DNA from: Bugula neritina
Taxonomy: Eukaryota; Animalia; Bryozoa
Reading direction: 5' to 3'
Assembly (NCBI GenBank): GCA_964035545.1
Contig: OZ037770.1
Coordinates: 1,736,001 to 1,800,000, forward strand
DNA length: 64,000 nt
Under the pieces are notes generated by a model. The model saw only the letters and a program-made list of their open reading frames with translations. It was not told the origin of the DNA and did not search any database. The translations under genes were made by a program, and so were the position numbers. Shown piece after piece: positions 44,194 through 56,317 of the stretch. The first letter of the stretch is position 1; each line of letters starts with the position of its first letter.

Positions 44194-46031
44194 TCAGTGC
44201 TCTAAATTAAAGCCAAAATCCTTCACATAAGATGGGGCACAGGCACAGCCTCTCTCAACGTCTTCACACCAGCACACCATGCTCCCACAGCAATCGTCAG
44301 CAGATCTACACTGTTCTGCAAATAGGTCTCACAGGGTATTAAGCTCACACAAGTAAGAAACCCCTGATGGAAAAGGTTTTGTGTTAAATCAACCTATCAA
44401 CTTAATCAGATAGAGAATAGTGGCAATTATGACTGGATGTTCTTTATAACATCTCTAATAACTTTCGTCGGAGTTCGAACCCATGATCTCAGTGCTTACT
44501 TGGCAAACACCCTAACCCTTTATGGACCACGGCTACTCACTGCATGTACACAATTTAACTCACTGAATAGGATTCTCTTCTTTACTGCACTATTTTATTA
44601 TCGTCTAAATTCAGGTGATTTGTCTAAACGGGTCAATATTGAAGTGTGTTGTAAAGAATAATGATGCATATTTGAAATGAATATACTTACTACCCGAGGA
44701 ACGGCAATTTGGATTGTAAAACTTTAGGCTTCTTTTTCTCTTCCTACAATATATAGAAAAAATATTTGCAGTATAATTTTAAATTGCTTGTGTTGTTTAT
44801 GGAAATATATTTAAAAAATATCTCGAGAAACTTGCGTACAAATTTATGAAAACAATAATTGATTGCGTTGAAAAGTTAACTTTATAGAAATTGAGTATGA
44901 TTACAATTGAAATGAATTGAAGATTAATTAGATTATCCTCAAAAATAAATTTGATACTATATATAATCTATTTATACACTAACAATTGGAACAGAAAACT
45001 TTCTACAGCATACATATATAACAATAATATAGTACAATATGTATAATTAATTATAGCCTCATTAGTATCATAATACCATCAGTATATATGAAACTGTTTC
45101 ATGTTATTAATTTCTTCTGCTACATCCAACAAAATCCCTATAGATTTGTTAAATGTGCAAACACTTGCTCTGTCTTAGTAATATTTTTACTTATATATTA
45201 TAATTGGTGACTTTGTTGTAACTAGCTGAGCCTAACAACAAAATAAATACTTCTATATATTGTATAAAAGTGACTTTTTGAATTATTATACCGTTCATCA
45301 AAATGCAGAGAATTGATGAAGGAGTTTAAATAGTAATCATGGTTAGGCATTTGACATCACTGCATGGCAGGTAAACGGAAGCAAAAATAATTGCAAGCTA
45401 TATAGGTTAGTATTCTATGAAGTTATAGATATTTTTTACCCTGCACTCCCCGGGTAAAGAGCCTGGGTCAACTCAAACCAATTAGGATTCTCCATATTGT
45501 AGACTCTTTCCTCGTGCTGTCGAATTAACCTGTCTCTGTATTTACGAGCAGCGACAATGGAAGGATGTTCAGGGGCTGCAAAAAAGAATTTGTATTTTAT
45601 TTAATAATTTGTTCCATTTATATAACATTTATTTAAAATAAAATTTTAATTATTTATGATTAGAAGTTGGAAAATCTTTGTCGATGACTATATAACAAAC
45701 TAATTTCTAAGTTGAGATTACTGCCGTACAGTGTTCATTACATAATCAGAAGTCAAGCAAGTCAATATTCATAAAAACACAAAAATTATAAGCACAAGCA
45801 ATTTATATTAGTTAAGCAGGATTAGCTATATATAATAATCTGGGAAATTCCATTATTATAAAAACGGCTATATAAGTTATACTGTAATGAAACTGATAAA
45901 ATTTAATATATAAAATTAGTCATAATTAAAATATATTATTTCGTAGTTTTATAATTACTTGTTGTATCTCCTGATGCCCCAAAAACAAACACTGCAAGTG
46001 TCATCACAGACAACAGCAATAGAGTCTTCAT
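44194..46031 (-). CDS. Secreted 8-Cys knottin prepropeptide, gene C, 127 aa
   Basis: Exons 46031-45959, 45575-45440, 44743-44691, 44315-44194 (phases 1,2,1). Protein: MKTLLLLSVMTLAVFVFGASGDTTTPEHPSIVAARKYRDRLIRQHEERVYNMENPNWFELTQALYPGSA-G-KRKR-SLKFYNPNCRSSGKQCRSADDCCGSMVCWCEDVERGCACAPSYVKDFGFNLEH*. Confidence 0.88.
44341..44538 (-). mobile_element. SINE family copy (gene C intron 3)
   Basis: The reverse complement is homologous to 34119-34330; B-box GGTTCGAACTCC. Confidence 0.75.
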
Positions 46032-48279
46032 GTTTATAGCAGGTGATTGGCAGGTGCTTGGTAGTGTAGCAGGCACTGTTTACTGAGTGTCAAGTGTCTG
46101 ATATATACTACTTGCTTAGACTCGTGAGTTACTTTTTTAGCCAATCAAATAAAAATTTGCAACTTGAATAAACAAATTAAACCCTAACTATAATATAACA
46201 ACCTGATCACAGCATGCCATTTAAAGCACCTGCCTACAACCTGTCAGACTACTTGTCAATAACAAATTGAGAAATAAATAAACTTTTACATATATAATCT
46301 TGTAGTAAATATATAGTACGCATTTTTGCTTGACTTTATTAATTTACTAAAATTTTAAATGAATTATTTTTGGAACTAACTTGAATTAAATACTAATGTG
46401 CTCACAGTATAATGTATCCTATCATGTTTTCTTTCTCATATTTGCTTAAAAATATTATTATTATATTACAGGTCTGTAATTTGCTTCCATACTCTAATTG
46501 ATTATTGCAAGCAATTTTAAATACATGAATATATTACTAAAATTTTACTTATATGATAGCCTAATCTGTTTTAATAATTGTTGTTATTAATTGCGCTGCA
46601 GGGTACATTCAAATTAAACTATGCATCAATACATAACAGTATGTTATTTTCTTCTTCAACTGTACAGCCAATCCTAGCTTACATTATAAATGGCCATAGT
46701 TTACCCAGTCTTACATTATACACATAAAATATTGTGAAACGAAATATATATTAGTTAGTTGCTAAGAAGCATATATAAAACAGGTCTGTTGTAATATTTT
46801 TGTATAAGTCATATGATTAAACATACATGTGTCACAGTAGAATCAATAATTTCTTCATGATTATTGGCAATTCTCCTAGCCAATTTGTTATAGGAGAGAT
46901 GGCAATTGCAATCTCTTTGAGAAGAATTGGAAATTTTTTTATGATGATTAGTGATTTTCCTGCATGGCCAATATCTTCTAAGAGAGATGCCAATTGCAAT
47001 CTCCCTGAGGAAAACTGCTAATTTGCAAACACAACACGAATCTGTTACATGATCAAAAAAGAATTTATGATGCACAGAAGTGAATGTATGCCATAATTAA
47101 AGAAGACAACATGACAGATGTGTGAAATAATTTATTTAGAATAGAAACCAATAAACAACAACATCATGTTAAGAAAAATAATTAGTTTGTCCAATACACC
47201 AGACATGTATTAATCATAAAAATATTGATAAATTTTGCTCTTGAGCATTTAATATTGGTAAATTAGAACAAAATATATATTTTTTGATTTCTTTATATTT
47301 GCCTAGTAAAATAAAAGCCCAAGTTCTACATTTAAGTTTTTGTAAGTTGGAATATACAGGAGCAGCTCCCTGCTTAGCATAGGAACAGAAGCATGAATGG
47401 TCTCCATAGCATTCTTCATTAGAGCTACACAACTCTGTAAACAAAGATTTGTATAGCACAGGCTATACACTGCACATCAATGTTTATGCTTTGCAAGTTA
47501 ATATACATGCAGTGTGAAGAAAAACTTAATATAATTAAAAGCAACAAAGTACAGATGTAGAGTTATAAGCTGACATATAATTTGCTAAAACATATACATG
47601 GCAGTGTTGAAGCGTACTGTTATAGAACCTATCATGCTGTATATATTTGAACTGAATACACTTACCATTTGTGGGACTTAGGTTTGTTATAAATACTCAA
47701 TTGTAGACTTCTCTTCCTCTTTCTAAAATATAAAAACTTTGATTTGCAATTAAAACTATATTATAGAATTTATTACATCATGCCATTTAAAAATCATTTG
47801 ACAGAATGACAAAAAACGTAAAACAGATTTGATGTAAACTTAGTAGAACCAATACTCAACACAAACTATAAATATAATATAGAGTTGTGCCACCCATATA
47901 GGTAAAGATTTAGCAAAGCTTGTGCTCTATGTGCATGGTAGTACTTGATTGCTTTCATACTTTGTTATAGTCAAATGATTCTCTTTTGATAAATGGTATC
48001 TATTTTAGTATTTATAAATTAAATTGTGAATAATTAAATGAAAAATTATGCAATTAGATTTTATTATAGGATTGAGTTGTGTAGTGATGAGTTTACCCAG
48101 TAGTCCCCGTGGTGTAATGGTTAGCACACTTGCTTTCGAGCCATAGGTCTCAGTGGGTGCAATTATTTTTCAAGTTAATGCTTATAACATCAATTACCAC
48201 TAAACCTATCTTGTCAATTGTAAGATTGCTATACGTATAAATATTAGTGAACCAATCATATTAACTGTGAGATTACTGC

Positions 48280-48908
48280 ATATTACTAGCACTAGGGGGA
48301 AATGCCCCTAAAACCCATCTGAACAAATTGCTTTTAATTCAAAAACGCATTATTCACATTATTTTCCACAAATCACCTACTGAACACACGTCACCTCTAT
48401 TTATCAAAGCAGAAATTCTTCCTATTGATCTCTTGTATATCTACCGCCTATTTCTTCTTGGTCATTCAGCTTATTATACTCCATCTCACACCAAACAACC
48501 ACCAACTTACCTCACCAGACATTCTGAACTTTCCTTACCCTTACCTCCCTCTACCTCCGCAGCAGGTCATCGTCAAGTGTCCTACCAGATGTCTAGCAAT
48601 TGGAATAAGCTACCTCTGACTTTAAGACATCATTAAAGCTTTGCCACATTTAAAATAATTATTGTTGAAAAAGCACCTACTAAAATCTTTAACTTAATCT
48701 GAATAAATAGTTCCCACTATTTTTTCAACTGCCACTTGGGCCCCGCTCCTTGAATAGCTATGCTACTGAGCACATGGGCCCCCATCTTGACTTCGATTAA
48801 TATTATATATAAATTGAATTTAGCTCTTTTTGTGTTACTGTTGTATATTTGTATGTTTTTGTCCTTTTGTTTTTTTTGATGGAAATAAAGAAAACAAACA
48901 AACAAAAA
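48280..48908 (+). mobile_element. LINE (CR1/L2-like) 3' fragment in intron 2 of gene D
   Basis: ORF 48328-48636 (LLIQKRIIHIIF...HTSPLF...ILPIDLLY...WNKLPLTLR) resembles the C-terminus of CR1/L2-group ORF2. It is followed by a UTR-like segment and an (AAAC)-rich tail. Confidence 0.65.
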
Positions 48909-49309
48909 AGTCAATCATACCCATGGTAAAAATACTGGCTTATATCGAACCAATTAGGGTTCTCTATATTGTGAAGCATTTTTTCTTCTCTCTGCTTGGC
49001 TAAACTTCCGGGATGAGGTACAGCTGTCACAGATAGATGTTCTATTACAGCTGTGAAAATAAAATATTCATTTCTTGGAGCATTAATTGATTAAAACAAA
49101 ACTATTAGCTATTACTTGAAGTTTAATCACCAGTACAGTGAATGGTTGCATGACTTTTGGTAGGTTTGTAGCTACAGGTAGCAAAGGTGTTCAAGATTTA
49201 AATGACAACCAGAGTTTTAATACTTGCTTGCATGGGAAAACATATATAGGAATGTTATAGTAACAATTCATTAGCAAAACACTATCTATATATAAACTAT
49301 ATAGTCTTA

Positions 49310-49756
49310 AGTTGCGTTTATACCTCTGCTGAAAAAAGTACCGAGTTTAGGTTAATAACGCTTTTCCGGGTACCCCTTTATAGTCAAACTTAAACTCGTT
49401 GAAATCATATTGATGTGGTTGCTTACTTTCTGAAATTGAAATTTGACTCGCATGATAGCTATTTGATGCCCTTTGTAAATGTCGTGAATTAGTGAAGCGG
49501 AAAGCATAAAAGCGATAATTGAGAAAGCGTAGGCTATATAATTATAAAGGTATAAGTACGTTGTCTAATCGCCAAAGTAATAACTAAATAACGATGTTTA
49601 AAAAGAGTTATTACTCCTATTCCAAAATTGGCCGATTAAGTTATCACAGTACTAAAATTTCAACGAGTGGCTTTTACAATGCAATGCAACTCGGAGAAAT
49701 TTCAACTCGGCCAAATTGAAATTTTGACCGAAAATCGTGAAGGTATAAACGCAACT
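49310..49756. mobile_element. PIF/Harbinger-like MITE, copy 2 (gene D intron 1)
   Basis: TIR AGTTGCGTTTATACCT ... AGGTATAAACGCAACT with a 3-bp TTA direct repeat on both flanks. Confidence 0.82.
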
Positions 49757-50455
49757 TTAGAGATTTGACAAAATTATAAAAAATTGTCTTCTATTAACTG
49801 CAAAAAATAGGTCAGCAGGTTTACTGTGAAAATAACTTATACATAGTCTATTTATAGTATGATGTGCTCTATATACCTGCTGATGCTTCCAAAGCAAATA
49901 CAGTAAATGTGATCATCAACAACAGCAACAGAGTTTTCATGTTAACAGGTGATTGGCAGGTACTTGGTAATGTCGCAGATACTGTTTACTGAGTGTCAAT
50001 TAGCTGTTCCGATGCTATTATATAAAGCTTGCTCAGACACATGGATTACCATTTTAGCCAATCAAATAAGAGTCTGCAAAACAAATAAACCAATCAAATT
50101 TTAGTAACAACCTGCATATCACAACATGTCACTTCAAGCACCTGCCTACAACCTGCCAGACCATTAATTGTTGATAACAAAATTAGAGTCTAAATAAAAT
50201 CCAACACATCATATAATTTTATAGTAAATATAGCGTACATATTTGCTTGATATATGTTTACTTAAACTTTAATGGGATACTTTTGAATATTTTATTGCTT
50301 TAATTTAAATTGTACAAAAAAAATCACACAAGTTTATAGTTGAATTCTAATCATAATCCTATATATAATAAACACAGCACATATATCTTTGTTTAACTGT
50401 ATTAGTTTACTGATGATTCAGATGGGAAGCTTTTGAAATTTTAATGTTTTTCTTT

Positions 50456-51015
<560 letters not shown>

Positions 51016-52235
51016 CTTACTTGTTTTGATTGTCTAAACCTTCTGTAGCCTCATGCTTATAAACTAAACTAACTCCATGCTCCTACTAATTTTAGTATGG
51101 TCATAACAGCCAAGCTCTTTATTATAGTTATCGTTATATAATATACATCAATAAGGTTGCTCAAATATGTACCTAATAATTATGGTGCAACAATAGTAAT
51201 TTTCATCTATTTATTATACTTCTCATTTTCCATAATTACTAAAACACAACTTGTTTGTAAAATCCACTCCTCCAAATGCTGATGGAATTTTCCATTGTTG
51301 TTATGAAGATTATACGTATACCTTGAAGAAACACTTTTCATTATACAACTAAAACAATTCTATATAATTTTTGAGCTGCAGTATTAACGTTAACTTATTG
51401 TCACATTAATTTTTTCTATATGTTATTAGGGACTAGTGGGCAGTGGCTATAATTAGTGGTTAAAAAAATTCATAATTTGTTTTCATGGCATAAATAAAAA
51501 ATCTATTGATGTACTTTTATTCTGCCTATAGACTATGAGTCAACTAAAATAATTAAGTAAATTTAATATTTACCTACAAGCAGTACAACTCAAAAAGATT
51601 TTGAGTTATCATTCCTGAAAAAAAGCTGATGAAAGGGTGTTTTTAAGCAGATTAAAGACTGTTTACTATTGGTGAGAAAAAATCTCCACGACTGGATTCT
51701 ATTCTATTAATATTCTATATAATATTACTGATTATAATACTACTATAGGCATGCAAATGTATGTCACTTGCCCAGTTTTTAGACTGTTATGTATAATAGT
51801 ATAATGGGGAAACAACTCATACACTTGAAAAGATTGCAAAAATCTCTTAAATACAAGTAATTGAATTTATAGGCCTATTATCCGAATACTTTAAAAAAAG
51901 TTGTTTTATATAGCTTCTTTTTTGTTTATTAGATAGTATTGTTAATATCTAACTATAGTAACCATTGATTTAAAGGTTTTACTTTGTTATAATGCGTTAT
52001 TAAATTACATAAATCATATATTTTAGAATATTCGAGTAAACTCTACAAACTTCTGCAAACAGAAAAATCAGCGTTTGGTCATTGACTGTTCGTATTATAT
52101 GAGAATGTTAAACTAACTAAATGTGTTAACATTTAGGTGATTCATAATATCTAATTCATTCATTATACTAATGTTGTATGGTTTTAGAAATAGAATTTCT
52201 GCAAGCTTAATTAAAGTGTTATATATAATGTTCGC

Positions 52236-52408
<173 letters not shown>

Positions 52409-53499
52409 AATATAACAAGCATTATATATATAACAGTTTAATTGTGTTTTATTGTTAGAGAAAGTGTTTGCTTTTTGCTTTTGAGAACAGTAGTAATGAA
52501 TTTAAATCTATGTTCTATATTTAGAATCTCAAAGAGTCTAAAATAAAAGTTGTCTAATCATTCGAAGACCTAAATAACATATAATATCACATTTCTGCAA
52601 TATATATAGCTAAAAATCAATAATGTATATATCAATTTAATTTGATACTTTGTCAATTCTTGAAGTAACCTTGCAATATGCATTAAATACAGCAATAATG
52701 AAATGATGGCTGTTATAATTATAGAAGATCAGTTTAATATAATAATATAATGACAATAAATCTACACAGCAAAAAATTAGTTGAACTTCTAAAATATGGT
52801 CACACTTGTAATCTATATATAGTTTATTGTGCATATCAATTTTGTCAAGTAGTTTATATATTATGTAGTTTCAAGGTTTCTACACCTATATATACTATAG
52901 CCTAACATACACAAGTGTATATGGGTTTTATAAAATAGAGCATAAAACAGTGAGCTATTGTGTGCAAGAGAGATTTTATCTTACCTTAAACCTTACATTA
53001 GTCTACAAAACTTTCCATGCATATCGCTCTTTCAAATAACAAACAAATTATATGTTTAAGATTTAATTTGATATGTATATGGAAATTTTCAGAAATTTGC
53101 CAAGTGGTTGACACATGAATGGAATATTACTGGAAATCAAAACCATGATAGCAGTTTCATCACTACAATATTTGTGTAAAGAGGGTGGAATAGTGGATGC
53201 GAGGGTGTAATTTAAAGCTCTCAGGCTTGTTTATGAAACAACTAACCCAGCAACTGCATAAACTAATTTTTGCAATAAATGATTGAAATACGATAGAAAC
53301 ATAATTACATAATTTAGTAGTTTTATGTCAACACACCCAAAGACAATTGCTATGGACAATTCAAAACTAGTAGTTGGATAGAAACTTGCAAACATTATCA
53401 CTTCCATTCCGCATAAACACCGAAATATATTTAAGGGAGAATTTGAAAGATTTTAGACACAGTTTATTATTGAGCTTGCATCTAGTTTACTAAATCAAG

Positions 53500-54718
53500 A
53501 TGAAGGTTGTATATTTGGTATTACTTGTGGCTTTCTTGACAGCTAACCTCTTTTCAACATCTTCCTTTGCAGGTAAAAGTAACACACGCTTTTATTATCA
53601 TACCTTTAAGGTGTTCTTAAAGTACTGATAGCTATTAATTATAATTTTAAGCTCTCAATAGAAGTTTTTTAATAATCATGCTTAAATCTCCAAACTTCGT
53701 GTCGCAGATAAAAATTAGTTCAAAATTTCTATTAATTTTCTTTATGACTTTTACTTTAAAACAAGACTTGAAATCACTTTACTTTCCACCTTTTCAAAAT
53801 GCAGTACATATAGGTAGGGTATATTGAAATTTGATTATTTTTGCCTTATCTATGTTATGTATTGATATTGAATAACTGCTTTTGTTGGTAGGTATTACTG
53901 GTGAACTTTCTTTTAAGAATCAAACGGCATTGACTCGTGCAAAAAAGTCGACGATTGCTAGAGTGTTTTGGCTACAACGCTTGGGATGGTGTAGGTTTCA
54001 CAATTAAACTCTTTTTTACACAATGGAATTTATTTTGCTTTATAATATAAATATATTATGTTATTGCATTTACAGTATATATATGGTTATACACTCGTGG
54101 ATTTAAATTATATTATTTTTATTACATTTCAATATGCATATTTTATATATTATATTACACATATAAAATATTTATATGTTTTATAGACAGCGCGCTTAGG
54201 GCCAGACCCGAGTTGAATCACTACGAAGGCAAACGTGTAAGTATATTATAAGATATTTATTTCACTGTAGTGATTTTACCAAAAGTTAGAATTGTGTTTC
54301 ACAGATCAGAGTGAGCCAAACTGTTTTTGAAACATAATAATTTTTAATTCATTATAAATGCGAACTTCTGCTGCTATTGTTATATAGATCTATAAACACA
54401 AGTTTTAATTTTACCGTGGGAGAGCCAACTGAACACGGATTAAATTTTTTATTAGTTCTAAGCTGTGAATAAAAGCGCTTAAACAGTTTCATTGTTTTAA
54501 AACCAGAATTGTTTTGTATATAATGGTTGTTTAGGCTCTCTTTGATAGAATATATACGGAGCTTGACCATATAGAGAAGAGAGAGGAGGCAATTCTTAAA
54601 CATTAGTTTGCATGTACTGAAATATTGCATTTATGACTGACTGTAAAAGATTAAAATAGGCAAACAAATATTATTTATTATTTTGTAGACTCACTTCCGG
54701 TTTGAAGATCTGGGTTGA
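53500..54718 (+). CDS. Small neuropeptide-like precursor, gene F, 50 aa, predicting two amidated peptides
   Basis: Exons 53500-53572, 54187-54236, 54689-54718 with good splice sites (gtaaaa/ttttatag; gtaagt/ttttgtag). Protein: MKVVYLVLLVAFLTANLFSTSSFA-DSALRARPELNHYE-GKR-THFRFEDL-G*. TATTTAA near 53427; AATAAA at 54822 and 54832. Confidence 0.75.
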
Positions 54719-55040
54719 TTGAAGACTTGGAGAATGGTTAGGAAAATTGACTTGGAATTTGAATGTTATGTCATATCTTCTATATATATATATAAAACTG
54801 TTACCTGTGCTTCTAATTGTTAATAAATTACAATAAAGGAGAAATTTGAAAATATTATATTTTTAAGTTGGTTTTGAATATTGATTCTGCAAAACAAGTG
54901 AATTTATTATATAATTCAAATTTTCAAAAATAGGGTTTTGTTAAATATATTTCACTTTTAATTAACAGCAATTTATAGAAGTGTTGATAAATAATGTATT
55001 CTAACGACACATAAATAGAAGACAGGTTGATTATTATAAC

Positions 55041-56266
55041 TTATAAAGAAGTATCAGCTGCACCATTTCTATAAGCCTCCAATCTCTGTGCATATGTCAC
55101 TCTTCTACAAAAAAGTATATTTATAATCTCCAAAAACTTGACTTAAAGAATATAATTTTAAAACCCAAAAAAGTGTTGAGCAAAAATTTCTTCTATATGC
55201 TCTAAAATATTTTGATACAAGTTGGATTTATGGTTAACATGCAGCTACTTCAAATGACTATTGTAATAAAAAGGAATATTGCTAGTTTAATGACTTAACA
55301 TTTTTCAATTAAATTGGCAATAATAAACATTAGAAAAATACTGAAGCTAAACAAATTGGTTCTACACTGATTATAAAACTGAATATGCTGTACATACTAC
55401 CATACACAAAATAAGTTTTACATCTTCCTAACATTAGCCAAGGACCCTAAAGTAATTTCATACATGCCAAGTTTCTCGAAACAAAAAATTTTTCCTAATC
55501 AAAATTTAGCTTATTTCATCTAAAAAAATTATCCAAGCTCTCTTGCATTCTTCAGAGAACATAATTATGTTAGTAGAAAAAATTGAGAGTATATATATAT
55601 ATATATAAATGTATGTAAGAATATTTGAATTTTAAAAGTACATGAATCAATATTATATTTAAAACATGTTAAGAATGACGTTAATTCTTAGACATACTGC
55701 AGCATAACTACTGCATAATAACTGCTTACCCTGAACCCCATGGGCGAAAGCAAATACCACCAAAGCAGCCGCGTGGGAAACAGCAATTTCTATTGGTGTG
55801 GCATTTTCCTACAACACAACAAAGTTGGTGATACAAGTTTTCAATAAATCAGAATAATGAGACTTTCAGATAAGTTCATTTTTTCATTATTCATCAATTC
55901 TTGTAAGATTTAAAACTTTTTTAGCTTCATGAATTAAGAATGAATCAGTTTATATGGTAATTTTTAGCAAAGTTTTAATTTTAGAAGTACGCCACTGTGC
56001 GCCTTCACCTATATTTGCCAGAAAATTACGTCATTTTTTTACAACAAATAAATTTTAGAAGCACCATTCAATCAGGAAATGGCCGAGAAAGGTGAAAAAG
56101 AGTTGTGACTGCATGCAAACTTACATGCAGTAAAATAACATGTGTGTGTGTGAGTGTTTGTGTGTGAGTGTTTGTGTGTGAGTGTGTGTGTGTGTGTGTG
56201 TGCGTGTGTGTGCGTGCGTACGTGTGTGTATGTGTGAGTGTGTGTATGTGTGTGTGAGTGTATGTG

Positions 56267-56317
<51 letters not shown>

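Larger units (their letters stand above)
47332..49940 (-). pseudogene. Paralogue D of genes B/C with a disabled knottin domain (pseudogene or truncated peptide gene)
   Basis: Exons 49940-49877, 49050-48921, 47722-47666, 47434-47332. The frame is open through MKTLLLLLMITFTVFALEASAAVIEHLSVTAVPHPGSLAKQREEKMLHNIENPNWFDISQYFYH-G-KRKR-SLQLSIYNKPKSHK. Exon 3 lacks Cys1 (apparent ~5-nt deletion relative to CRPKN in gene B) and ends in phase 2, giving a TG|A stop at the junction. In exon 4 the CC doublet is CY and the final CSC is in a shifted frame. Confidence 0.78.

Noticed and set aside
48104-48165. tRNA-like sequence TCCCCGTGGTGTAATGGTTAGCAC...
   Set aside because: The T-arm and acceptor stem cannot be completed; more likely a decayed SINE head than a tRNA gene.
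54695-54709. Minus-strand 15-nt microexon with a GTGAGT donor as a continuation of gene E
   Set aside because: Better explained as the antisense of gene F exon 3; gene E has a stronger terminal exon at 55104-55041.
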